This document shows positions 18,087-26,805 of a DNA stretch of 64,000 nucleotides, one piece after another. The stretch spans positions 3,899,802-3,963,801 of the forward strand of contig OZ251549.1 in NCBI GenBank assembly GCA_965243415.1, in the 5' to 3' direction. This DNA is from Candidatus Marinacidobacterium sp. Its GTDB lineage: Bacteria > Acidobacteriota > Vicinamibacteria > Marinacidobacterales > Marinacidobacteraceae. Within the stretch, counting starts at the first letter, position 1. Each line of letters starts with the position of its first letter. The notes under the pieces are model-generated. The model saw nothing but the letters and a program-made list of their open reading frames with translations. It had not been told where the DNA came from and made no database searches. The translations under genes were made by a program, and so were the position numbers.

Positions 18087-18337
18087 GACGCCCCCGCCTC
18101 CCGCGCCGAGAGTTCGGCGAGCCCCGCCGACAGCAGCAGCCCGAGCCCGTGGGAATCCGCCTCGCCGGCACGCCCGCCGCCCGCTCCCCGCAGCGTCCGG
18201 GTCTCCCCCGCCCGCCCGGCCAGCGCCTGAGCCACGATCCCGCTCGAAGCGGACAACGCGACCTCCACCAACGCCGGCAGCGCCGGCAGCGCCACCGCCC
18301 CGAACGGAGCGATCCGCAGGGCCCGAAGCCCCGTCAC
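18083..18337 (-). pseudogene. Second diverged duplicate of the DUF21 5' module (84-codon ORF)
   Basis: Track ORF 18083..18337 (..ALPALVEVALSASSGIVAQALAG...LLLSAGLAELSAREAGAS). Its GTG overlaps the ybeY stop (GTGA at 18334-18337). Confidence 0.45.
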
Positions 18338-19146
18338 GGCGCGCCCGCCGCCCGGTTCCGCCCGGACCCGGCCCTGGCCCCGGCCCCGGCGGCAGCGGCC
18401 CCGTCCCCGGGAGCGAGCCCGTGCCGGCGGCGGAGCAGGCGCTCCAGCCGGGCCATCTCGCCCCGGTCGGTCTCGTGGTCGTAACCCAACAGATGCAGGT
18501 AGCCGTGGAGAGCCAACACCCGCAGTTCCCGGTCGAGCGTCTGCCCCCGCGCCGCCGCCTGCCGCCGGGCGGTCTCCGCCGATACGGCGAGGTCCCCGAG
18601 ATAGGGCTCTTCCCCGAACCCGGCCGCGCCCGCCGCGGCGCCGACCCCCACCCCTGCGGGCGCCTCCCCGCCGCCCGCACCGTCCGGACTGCCCGGATCA
18701 CCCAGATCGCCCGGATCGTCCCCGGGCTCCGCCGGGAAGGCCAGCACATCGGTCGCCGCGTCCATCCCCCGGAAGCGCCGGTTCAACTCGCGGATCCGCC
18801 GGTCGGAGAGGAGCCGCAGCGTGGCCCCGCGCCGGTCGCCGGGAGCGGCGTCGGCGGCCACCCGCGAAAGGAACGCCGCCAGACCGGCGGAGTCCACCGG
18901 AACCGACCGCTGCCGGTTCTGCACCGAGAACCGCGCGGCAACCGAACCCGACCTGACCGAACCCGACGAACCCGACCCGGCCGAACCCGACCCCGCGCTC
19001 TCGCCCCGCCCCCGCGGAGGCTCCTCCCCGCCGGCCGGCGAGATTCCCGGGGACGCTCCGGCAGAGGCCTCCGGGCCTCCCCCGGCGACCGCTCCCGCCG
19101 ACCCCCCGCCGTTCCCGGTCCCGGCCCGGACCCGCGCCCCGCTCAC
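18334..19146 (-). CDS. ybeY: Endoribonuclease YbeY (rRNA maturation factor); N-terminus uncertain
   Basis: Zinc motif HGYLHLLGYDHE and DVLAFP. GTG 19146 overlaps the upstream stop as GTGA. The first ~60 aa and an internal insert are Gly/Ala/Ser low complexity. An alternative start lies near VAARFSVQNRQ. Confidence 0.85.
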   Translation of the reverse strand: MSGARVRAGTGNGGGSAGAVAGGGPEASAGASPGISPAGGEEPPRGRGESAGSGSAGSGSSGSVRSGSVAARFSVQNRQRSVPVDSAGLAAFLSRVAADAAPGDRRGATLRLLSDRRIRELNRRFRGMDAATDVLAFPAEPGDDPGDLGDPGSPDGAGGGEAPAGVGVGAAAGAAGFGEEPYLGDLAVSAETARRQAAARGQTLDRELRVLALHGYLHLLGYDHETDRGEMARLERLLRRRHGLAPGDGAAAAGAGARAGSGRNRAAGAP

Positions 19147-21500
19147 CCGCCGGCCGCCGCCCCGGCGCCCGCGCCCACCGGCGAGGCCTCCGCTTCCCCG
19201 CCCTCCGCCCGCGCCGCGCCCCGCCGGTCGAAGTCGAACCCCGGATACGACACCCGCCCGTGGTGGATCCCCTGCAGCGTCGACAGGAAACTCGCCCGCA
19301 CCCGGCTCATGTCGCCGAGCGTCAGGTCGCACTCGGTGAGTTGATGGTCCTCCACCAGCGACTCCATGATCCGGTCGATGACCCGCTCCAGTTCCTCGCG
19401 CCCGGGCACCCGGACGCTCCGCGCCGCCGCCTCCACCCCGTCGGCCATCATGATGATCGCCGCCTCCCGGGTCTGCGGTTTGGGCCCGGCGTAGCGGAAG
19501 GCCGCTTCGTCCACCGGCGCCGGCCGCCCTTCCTCCTCCGCCCGCTTCTTCGCCTTCTCGTAGAAGAAGCGGATGAGCCGGGTGCCGTGGTGCTGGGGGA
19601 TCACATCCACGATGTCCTGCGGGAGTTTCATCCGCCGGGCGTACTCGATCCCCTCGGTCACATGGCGGCGGATGATGTCGGCGCTCTCCTCCGGGGTGAG
19701 CGCCTCGTGCGGGGATTCGCCCCGGATGTTCTCGACGAAGTACCCGGCGCGCCGCAGTTTCCCGATGTCGTGGTAGAGCGCGGCGGTGGAACAGAGCGCC
19801 GGATTCGCGCCCACCGCGGCGGCGGCCGACTCGGCCAGAAGACCCACCAGGACGCTGTGCTGGTAGGTCGCCGGAGCCGAGAGCGCCAGGTCCCGCAGCA
19901 GCGGACTGTCCCGGCGGGAGAGTTCCATGAGCCGGTTCTCGCTGGTCCGCTCGAAGACCGCCTCGAACACCGGCAGCGCCAACTGGGTGAGCGCCGCCGA
20001 GAACAGCCCGCCCAGGAACGCCGAAGCCGCTTCCAGGGCCAGCCGGGGGAGTCCCCCGTAACCGCCGCGCAGCAGTTCCATCGCCACCACCAGCGCCATG
20101 CCGACGAGCCCCACCAGCGCCCCCACCCGCAGCGCCCGCACCGGCCGCTCCGAGCGGCGATGGATGAAGACCGCGGCGAAGCCGGTCAGCAGGGCGAAGA
20201 GCCCCACCGTCAGGCTGCCGGTCATGATCGCGACCGAAGCGGCGAAGAGCGCCCCGGTCAGCAGCGCCGAGGAGGTGTTCTCCAGGAGGAGCGTCAGCAG
20301 CGCCGCCGCGGCGAAGGGCGCCGCCCAGACCAGCGCGGTGGGGTCCGAGAACGGCTCCTGCGCCAGTTGCGCCGCCAGCGCGGTCCCGAAGAAGCCCAGC
20401 ACCCGGGCCAGCCCCAGGTGGGTCACGATGATGGCCCCGGCGAAAGCGAAGGCGGAGGCGGCCCAGCGGTCGCCCCGGCGCGCCGGCTGCAGCAGCATCC
20501 GCAGCAGACCGACGAGCACCCCGGCGAAGAGCAGCGCTCCCAGCCCGGCCCAGCCGGAGGCGGTCGGCGAAGAGGCCCGCATCTCCAGCAGTTGCCGGTG
20601 CGCCCGCGGGGTCACTTCGTCGCCGGCGCGGATGAGCGTCCGGCCCCGGAGCACCTGCAGCACCACCGTCTCCACCGACTGGCTGGCCTCGCTGCGGAGC
20701 CGGGTGGTCTCCACTTCGTTCCGCTCCAGGGTCGGGCGGACCAGGGTGGCGGAGAAGCCGGCCAGCGCCCGGCGCCGGTCGGGGGTCAGGTCGGAGAGCG
20801 CCAGCACCTGCAGGTTCGCCGCCTCCCGCGCCTCGCCGACGGAGAGGATGTTCGAGAAGTCGGTGACCACGAAGGTGGTGTCGGCGGCCGGGTCGCGGCG
20901 CTGGACCGGGCGGCCGAGCGCGGCGATCGCCCCCTTCTCGGCCAGGATGTCCCGGGCCAGCACGCTGGCCACCGCGTCGGCGAGGCTCTGCTCCACCTCC
21001 GGCGCGAAGGCCAGCCCCATCAGCAGCGCCAGGCCCTCGGGGTCGGCCTCGGCGTCGAGCAGCCGGAAGAAGGTGTCCGCGAAGGCCGGCTCGGCGGCGG
21101 TCTCGGAGCGCACCGCCTCCCGCCCGAAGGAGAAGGCGGCGGCCAGCCGGGTGCGCACCCCTTCCCCGGCCTGCGGGTCGAAGTCATAGACATCGGGCAC
21201 CATTTCGATGGCTTCGCGGCGGCGCTCCTCGGTGGCGGCGGCGTCCTCGTAGGTGAACCCGCTGGCGGCGCGCACGGTGCGGGGCGCGATCTCCCCCACT
21301 TCGTACACCGGGCTGCGGAGGCCCAGGCCGGGCCAGATGAGCAGGCCCAGGGCGACCGCCAGCAGCGAACCGACGAGCGCGGTGCGGGAGAACAGGTCGT
21401 CCCGCCAGTGCCGCAACTGCTCGCGGATCCGGAGGGAGAACGACCGCCGGGGCGCGGCCTCCCCCCCGGAGCGCCCGCCGGCGAGGTCTTCCCCGACCAC
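19143..21500 (-). CDS. 7TM receptor with intracellular HD/HDIG hydrolase domain (PgpH-like)
   Basis: GTG at 21500 with GGAGG 6-10 nt upstream. Multi-TM central region. HD domain: YQHSVLVG...LYHDIGKL...IPQHHGTRLIRFFYEKAK. It sits between phoH and ybeY, as in the conserved operon. Confidence 0.85.
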   Translation of the reverse strand: MVGEDLAGGRSGGEAAPRRSFSLRIREQLRHWRDDLFSRTALVGSLLAVALGLLIWPGLGLRSPVYEVGEIAPRTVRAASGFTYEDAAATEERRREAIEMVPDVYDFDPQAGEGVRTRLAAAFSFGREAVRSETAAEPAFADTFFRLLDAEADPEGLALLMGLAFAPEVEQSLADAVASVLARDILAEKGAIAALGRPVQRRDPAADTTFVVTDFSNILSVGEAREAANLQVLALSDLTPDRRRALAGFSATLVRPTLERNEVETTRLRSEASQSVETVVLQVLRGRTLIRAGDEVTPRAHRQLLEMRASSPTASGWAGLGALLFAGVLVGLLRMLLQPARRGDRWAASAFAFAGAIIVTHLGLARVLGFFGTALAAQLAQEPFSDPTALVWAAPFAAAALLTLLLENTSSALLTGALFAASVAIMTGSLTVGLFALLTGFAAVFIHRRSERPVRALRVGALVGLVGMALVVAMELLRGGYGGLPRLALEAASAFLGGLFSAALTQLALPVFEAVFERTSENRLMELSRRDSPLLRDLALSAPATYQHSVLVGLLAESAAAAVGANPALCSTAALYHDIGKLRRAGYFVENIRGESPHEALTPEESADIIRRHVTEGIEYARRMKLPQDIVDVIPQHHGTRLIRFFYEKAKKRAEEEGRPAPVDEAAFRYAGPKPQTREAAIIMMADGVEAAARSVRVPGREELERVIDRIMESLVEDHQLTECDLTLGDMSRVRASFLSTLQGIHHGRVSYPGFDFDRRGAARAEGGEAEASPVGAGAGAAAGG

Positions 21501-21522
21501 GGTTCCCGATCCTCCCCGCCGC

Positions 21523-22653
21523 TCAGCCGACTTCGGCGACCGCCGCCGGCCGGCGTTCTTCCAGCGGTTCGTCCGGAGGTTCCCCGGGAAGCGCCCGCTC
21601 CCCGCGGCGCGGTTCGGGCTCGCCGGCGGGCGCGATTCCGGCGGGGACGCCCGTCTCCCCGGACACTTCCCCGCGCCGGCGTTCCTGGCGCCGCCGCCGG
21701 GAGACCTGGTTCGTGGCGTAGGCGCGGACGATGGCCTGCACCAGCCGGTGGCGCACCACATCGCTCTCCTCGAACCGCACCACCCCGACCCCGTCGAGGT
21801 CGCCGATGACCCCCAGGCTCTCGGTGAGCCCGCTGACCCGCCCCGGCGGCAGGTCGTTCTGGGTGAGATCGCCGGTGACCACCGCCCGGGTGCCGTTCCC
21901 CATGCGGGTCAGGAACATCTTCATCTGCTCGGAAGTGGTGTTCTGCGCCTCGTCGAGGATGATGAAGGAGTCGTTCAGCGTCCGCCCGCGCATGAACGCC
22001 AGCGGGGCGATCTCGATGACCCCGCGTTCCCGGAGGCGCTGCGCCTTCTCGGCGTCCATCAGGTCGTGGAGCGCGTCGTAGAGCGGGCGCAGGTAGGGGT
22101 CCACCTTGTCGATCAGGTCGCCGGGCAGGAAGCCCAGTTTCTCCCCGGCCTCGACCGCCGGGCGGGTGAGGACGATCCGCCGCACCTGCCGACTGCCGAG
22201 CGCCTCGACCGCCACCGCCATGGCCAGCCAGGTCTTCCCGGTCCCGGCCGGGCCGACGCCGAGCACCAGGTCCTTGGCCTTCAGCGCCCGCAGGTATTCC
22301 AGTTGCCGGAGGCTGCGGGCGCGCACCGCCTTCCCGGTGGCCGGGGTGATGACGGTGTCCACGAAGTACTCGCGGAGCGAGGCGCCGGGGTCCTGTTCGA
22401 GGATACGGAGGGCGGCGCGCACATCGGCCATCCGGTATCTCTGGCCGGATTCGCGGAACTCCCGGTCGAGCGAGGCGAGGCCTTCGAGCGCGGCGGCGAG
22501 CAGGGCGCAGCGGTCCGGGGGGCCTTCGGCGAGGAGGACCTCGCCGCGGCTGGCGAGGGTGAGGCCGAGCGCTTCCTCCAGCGAGCGCAGGTTCCGGTCG
22601 CGGATCCCGAAGAAGGCCAGGCCCCCCTCGCCGGGGATCGGGATCCGGGTCAT
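21523..22653 (-). CDS. phoH: PhoH-like ATPase (YbeZ)
   Basis: Walker A GPAGTGKTWLAMA, IILDEAQN, and strong PhoH colinearity. ATG 22653 is preferred over GTG 22668. Confidence 0.93.
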   Translation of the reverse strand: MTRIPIPGEGGLAFFGIRDRNLRSLEEALGLTLASRGEVLLAEGPPDRCALLAAALEGLASLDREFRESGQRYRMADVRAALRILEQDPGASLREYFVDTVITPATGKAVRARSLRQLEYLRALKAKDLVLGVGPAGTGKTWLAMAVAVEALGSRQVRRIVLTRPAVEAGEKLGFLPGDLIDKVDPYLRPLYDALHDLMDAEKAQRLRERGVIEIAPLAFMRGRTLNDSFIILDEAQNTTSEQMKMFLTRMGNGTRAVVTGDLTQNDLPPGRVSGLTESLGVIGDLDGVGVVRFEESDVVRHRLVQAIVRAYATNQVSRRRRQERRRGEVSGETGVPAGIAPAGEPEPRRGERALPGEPPDEPLEERRPAAVAEVG

Positions 22654-22825
22654 GGCGGCGGGGCTCACGGGCGGGGCCGGGTCGGCGCAGCGGGGCTCAG
22701 CGGCGCCACCGGGGCGGGGCGTCGGCGGACGCGAACGCCGGGGGAGGCGCCGGCCCGACCGCGCGGCGCGCCGCCTTCGGAGCGGGGCGCGGTCAGCACC
22801 GGGGAGCGGGAATCACGGGAAGCGG

Positions 22826-24037
22826 TCAGAGCAGGCGGAACTCCACCTCGATCTCCGCCAGCACATCCACCGGTTCGCCGCGGAACCGCCCGGGGAGGAA
22901 GGTCCACTGCCGCACCGCGGCGATCGCCTTGTCGTCCAGCCCCCGGTCGAGGCTGCGCAGCACCCGCGCCGGGCCGATCCGCCCGTTCTTGAGGATGACC
23001 ACTTCGAGGATCACCTTGCCCTCGATCTTCCGCGCCAGCGCGTCGTCGGTGTACTCCGGGGTCACCCGCCGGCGCAACTGCGGCGGCTCCACCCCGCTGC
23101 CGATCCGGTAGGCGCCGCCCCCGAAGCCGCCCCCGGTCCCCTCGCCGATCCCGTCGCCGTCCCCTTCGCCGATCCCGCCGCCGGCGCCGTTTCCGCCCCC
23201 GCCGCCGATCCCGCTCCCGGCCCGCCCGTCCCGAAGCGCTTCGGAGGCGTCCCGGATCAGCCCGGCCAGCATCTCCGGGTCGGGGGCGGTGGTGTCGAAG
23301 GGCGCGTTCAGGGCGTCCTCCGGCGGCGGCTCGACTTCCACATCCTCGATCTCGGGGTCGTCGTACACCAGTTCCTCGGGATCCGGCGCGGTTTCGACGG
23401 CCACGAGCGCAGCGTCCTCCCCTTCCAACTGCAGCGGCGCCGGCGGCTCCTCCGACTCGTCCCCGCCGCCGCCGCCCCCGCCCCCGGGCCCGGCCTCGAC
23501 CACGAACACCAGCCCGGGGAGGTCGAACCCGTCGTCCTCGACGATCTCCTCGGCGGCGAACCAGCCGAAGAGGACCACGGACAGGATCGCCCCGTGGAGG
23601 ACGATGGCGGAAGCGAACCCCCGCCGCCCGCTGGTAAGCCCGCCGTCGAGATGCACCAGCGGCTTCCCGGTGATCGCGCTGACCTCCGCTTCCCCGGAGC
23701 CGCGAAAGTGGGCCCGAACCGCCTCCGGGAGCGCTCGAATGGTCGCCGGGAGCGCCCGAACCGCCCCCGGGACGGCCCGAACCGCCGCCGAAACCCGGCC
23801 GAAGGCGGACTCCGCCGGCGGGGAATCCGGGGTCGTTCGGGAGGGTTCGTCGGTCAAGAGGCCGGGCCGGCGCCGGGACGCCGGCCCGTTCTCGCATTGT
23901 AACGATGGATCCGGCGTTCCCCGGACGCCGGACGGGGCCGCTCCCGGCAGCGCGATCGGCGGGATCGTTCGGCCCCGATCGATCCCCCGGGGCGACCCCC
24001 GGCAGCGTGTTAGCCTCCCCGATGGCGCACGTGACAC
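22826..24037 (-). CDS. TonB-family energy transducer (start uncertain)
   Basis: C-terminal TonB domain (PEYTDDALARKIEGKVILEVVILKNGRIGPARVLRSLDRGLDDKAIAAVRQWTFLPG), a single TM helix (FASAIVLHGAILSVVLFGWF) and a Gly/Pro/Glu-rich linker. There is no internal ATG, so the true start may lie downstream of 24037 (for example TTG 23857). Confidence 0.75.
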   Translation of the reverse strand: MSRAPSGRLTRCRGSPRGIDRGRTIPPIALPGAAPSGVRGTPDPSLQCENGPASRRRPGLLTDEPSRTTPDSPPAESAFGRVSAAVRAVPGAVRALPATIRALPEAVRAHFRGSGEAEVSAITGKPLVHLDGGLTSGRRGFASAIVLHGAILSVVLFGWFAAEEIVEDDGFDLPGLVFVVEAGPGGGGGGGGDESEEPPAPLQLEGEDAALVAVETAPDPEELVYDDPEIEDVEVEPPPEDALNAPFDTTAPDPEMLAGLIRDASEALRDGRAGSGIGGGGGNGAGGGIGEGDGDGIGEGTGGGFGGGAYRIGSGVEPPQLRRRVTPEYTDDALARKIEGKVILEVVILKNGRIGPARVLRSLDRGLDDKAIAAVRQWTFLPGRFRGEPVDVLAEIEVEFRLL

Positions 24038-24394
24038 GGTGCGATTCCGGAAGCCGTAGCACGTTTCTTCGGAAACGGAGCGCTATGTGGGGTTGCCGGC
24101 TGCGGCCGGACTCTGGGCCCCACCGTGCGCCGCCGGGGGGACGGGAATCGCCGGAAGGCCCGCCGTATCTCCCCGCTGACCGCGGTCCCGGCGAACCGCA
24201 CCGGCCGACCTCTCCCGCCCACCGGTAGCCGGATCGGGACGCCCCGCGCCCCGGTATCCGAACGCCGCACCGCAGGGGGGTCGTCGCGTTCCGCCGCCAC
24301 GCCGGCTCCCACCCCCGCCGGGGTTCCGCGTCGTCCGACCGAACCCCGTCCGCCCCCCGGCGCCTCCGCGCCGCCCCTTCTCCCTCCCCAACCG

Positions 24395-24937
24395 TTGCTC
24401 CTCCCGTTCGGCTCCCGCACCCCGCTCGTCCCGGCCTCGGCGTTCGTCGCCCCCGGCGCCGCGCTCATCGGCGACGCCGCCCTCGGGGAAGACGCCTCGA
24501 TCTGGTTCGGGGCGGTCCTCCGCGCCGACCTGAACTCGATCCGCGTCGGGCGCCGGTCGAACCTGCAGGACGGCGTCGTCGTCCATGTGAACGCCGGCGA
24601 CGACTCCACCACCGTCGCCGACGAGGTCACCGTCGGCCACCGGGCGGTGCTCCACGGCTGCCGCCTGGAGACCCGCTGCCTGGTCGGAATGGGCTCGGTG
24701 GTGCTCGACGGCGCGGTGGTCGGCGCGGAAGCGATGGTCGCCGCCGGGGCGCTCGTCCCGCCGGGCCTCGAGATCCCGCCCCGGACACTGGCCCGCGGCG
24801 TCCCGGCGCGGGTCGCCCGCCCGCTCACCGACGCCGAGATCGCCCACCTGGAATGGTCCGCGGCCCACTATGTCGCGTTGAAAGACCGCTACCTGGCCGC
24901 CGAGCGGTCGAACCCGGCCCCGGGGAGCCCCGCATGA
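24395..24937 (+). CDS. Gamma-carbonic-anhydrase-like / hexapeptide-repeat (LbH) protein
   Basis: AFVAPGAALIGDAALGEDASIWFGAVLRADLNSIRVGRRSNLQDGVVVH...GHRAVLHGC. The TTG 24395 start is inferred from the typical family length (~180 aa). The stop overlaps the aspS ATG (ATGA, 24934-24937). Confidence 0.8.
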   Translation: MLLPFGSRTPLVPASAFVAPGAALIGDAALGEDASIWFGAVLRADLNSIRVGRRSNLQDGVVVHVNAGDDSTTVADEVTVGHRAVLHGCRLETRCLVGMGSVVLDGAVVGAEAMVAAGALVPPGLEIPPRTLARGVPARVARPLTDAEIAHLEWSAAHYVALKDRYLAAERSNPAPGSPA

Positions 24938-26739
24938 GCCGGATCCCGCCACCCGAAGCCCGCCCCCCGACCCGCCGCACCCACACCTGCGGCGACCTCC
25001 GCCGCGCCGACGCCGGGGAACGGGTGGTGCTCATGGGCTGGGTGGAGCGCGTCCGCGACCTGGGCGGACTCCTCTTCCTCGACCTCCGCGACTACCGGGG
25101 CGCCACCCAGATCGTCGTCCGCCCCGACTCCCCGGCGATGGCCGCCGCCGGGAAGGCCGGCCCCTGGTGGGTGCTCGCCGTGGAGGGCCCGGTCCTGGAA
25201 CGGACCCCGGAGACCGTGAACCCCAAGTTGGCCACCGGCGAGATCGAAGTGGAAGCGGAAGCGATCCACCTGCTGAGCGAGGCCCGCACCCCGCCGTTCT
25301 CCCCGACCGAGTCCGGCACCGTCGCCGAAGACCTGCGCCTCCGCTACCGCTATCTCGACCTCCGCCACCCGACGCGCCAGCGCAACCTCCGCCTCCGCGC
25401 CCGCCTCGCCAGGGAAGTCCGCGCCCACCTCGACGAATGCGGCTTCGTCGAGATCGAGACCCCGTTCCTCACCCGCTCCACCCCGGAGGGCGCCCGCGAC
25501 TACCTGGTCCCCTCCCGCGTCCACCGGGGCCGTTTCTACGCCCTGCCCCAGTCGCCGCAACTCTTCAAGCAACTCCTGATGATCGGCGGCGCCGACCGCT
25601 ACTACCAGATCGTCCGCTGCTTCCGCGACGAGGACCTCCGCGCCGACCGCCAGCCGGAGTTCACCCAGGTGGATTTCGAGATGTCCTTCGCCGACCCGGC
25701 CCAGGTCATCGAGGTCACCGAGGGCCTCTTCGAGCGGGCGCTCGGCGCGGTCGGAATCCCGGTTTCGCCCCCGTTCCCCCGGTTCTCGTACGAGGAGGCG
25801 ATGGACCGCTTCGGCGTGGACCGCCCCGACCTGCGCTACGGCGCCGAGATCCGGGACCTGACCGGGGAAGCCGCCGGCTCCGGCCACCCGCTGCTCGACC
25901 GGGTGCTCCGGGAAGGCGGCACCGTGCGCGGACTGGCCGCGGCCGGCTGCGGCGGGTATTCCCGGAAGATGCTGGACGCCCTGACCGAAGTCGCCCGCGC
26001 CGCCGGCGCCGGGGGTCTGCTGTGGGCGGCATTCCCGGAGGGCGGCGTCCGCTCGCCGCTGCTGAAGACCGTCGGCGAGTCCCGGTTGCGTTCGTGGCTC
26101 GAATCCGCCGGCGGCGGCCCCGGCGACCTGCTCCTGCTGGCGGCGGGCCCGAAGGACCCGGTCCGCCCGGCCCTCGGCGCGGTGCGGCGGGAAGTGGCCC
26201 GACGGGAACGGTGGGACACCGGCAACGAGTTCCGCCTGGCCTGGGTCACCGACTTCCCCCTGTTCGGCTACTCGGAACAGGAAGGCCGCCTGACCTCCGT
26301 CCACCACCCGTTCACCAGCCCCCACCCGGACGACCTGGAGCGGCTTACGAGCGACCCGGCGTCGGTGCGTTCCCTCGCCTACGACATCGTGGCGAACGGC
26401 CACGAACTCGGCGGCGGCAGCATCCGCATCCACGACCGGGCGATGCAGCAGCGCATCTTCGAGGTCCTGGAGATCCCCGCCGACGAGGCCGCGGAGAGAT
26501 TCGGCTTCTTCCTGGAAGCGCTCACCTACGGAACCCCGCCCCACGGCGGCATCGCCCTGGGTTTCGACCGCATCGCCATGCTCGCCGCCGGCGCCACCAG
26601 CCTCCGCGAAGTCATCGCCTTCCCGAAAACGACTTCCGCCGCCGACCTCATGACCGGCTCTCCGGCCGGCGTGGCGACCGAGCAGTTGACCGAAGTCGGC
26701 GTGTCCCTCCGCGCGGAGAAACCGACGCCCGCGGACTGA
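24934..26739 (+). CDS. aspS: Aspartate--tRNA ligase
   Basis: 601 aa. OB-fold N-terminus, class II motifs (FRDEDLRADRQPEFTQVD; GGGSIRIHD; GIALGFDR). Confidence 0.97.
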   Translation: MSRIPPPEARPPTRRTHTCGDLRRADAGERVVLMGWVERVRDLGGLLFLDLRDYRGATQIVVRPDSPAMAAAGKAGPWWVLAVEGPVLERTPETVNPKLATGEIEVEAEAIHLLSEARTPPFSPTESGTVAEDLRLRYRYLDLRHPTRQRNLRLRARLAREVRAHLDECGFVEIETPFLTRSTPEGARDYLVPSRVHRGRFYALPQSPQLFKQLLMIGGADRYYQIVRCFRDEDLRADRQPEFTQVDFEMSFADPAQVIEVTEGLFERALGAVGIPVSPPFPRFSYEEAMDRFGVDRPDLRYGAEIRDLTGEAAGSGHPLLDRVLREGGTVRGLAAAGCGGYSRKMLDALTEVARAAGAGGLLWAAFPEGGVRSPLLKTVGESRLRSWLESAGGGPGDLLLLAAGPKDPVRPALGAVRREVARRERWDTGNEFRLAWVTDFPLFGYSEQEGRLTSVHHPFTSPHPDDLERLTSDPASVRSLAYDIVANGHELGGGSIRIHDRAMQQRIFEVLEIPADEAAERFGFFLEALTYGTPPHGGIALGFDRIAMLAAGATSLREVIAFPKTTSAADLMTGSPAGVATEQLTEVGVSLRAEKPTPAD

Positions 26740-26775
26740 TCGGAGGCGATCCCCTCGACTGTCGAGCAAGCCGAT

Positions 26776-26796
26776 CCGTCCCCCCGGGAGGGACGG
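26776..26796 (+). terminator. Possible GC-rich hairpin after aspS
   Basis: CCGTCCC (26776-26782) pairs with GGGACGG (26790-26796) around a 7 nt loop. No U-tract. Confidence 0.25.
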
Positions 26797-26805
26797 ACCG
26801 GAGCG

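Noticed and set aside
19260-21809. 849 aa plus-strand ORF opposite the 7TM-HD gene
   Set aside because: It is an antisense shadow. The minus-strand frame has an HDIG domain and TM helices.
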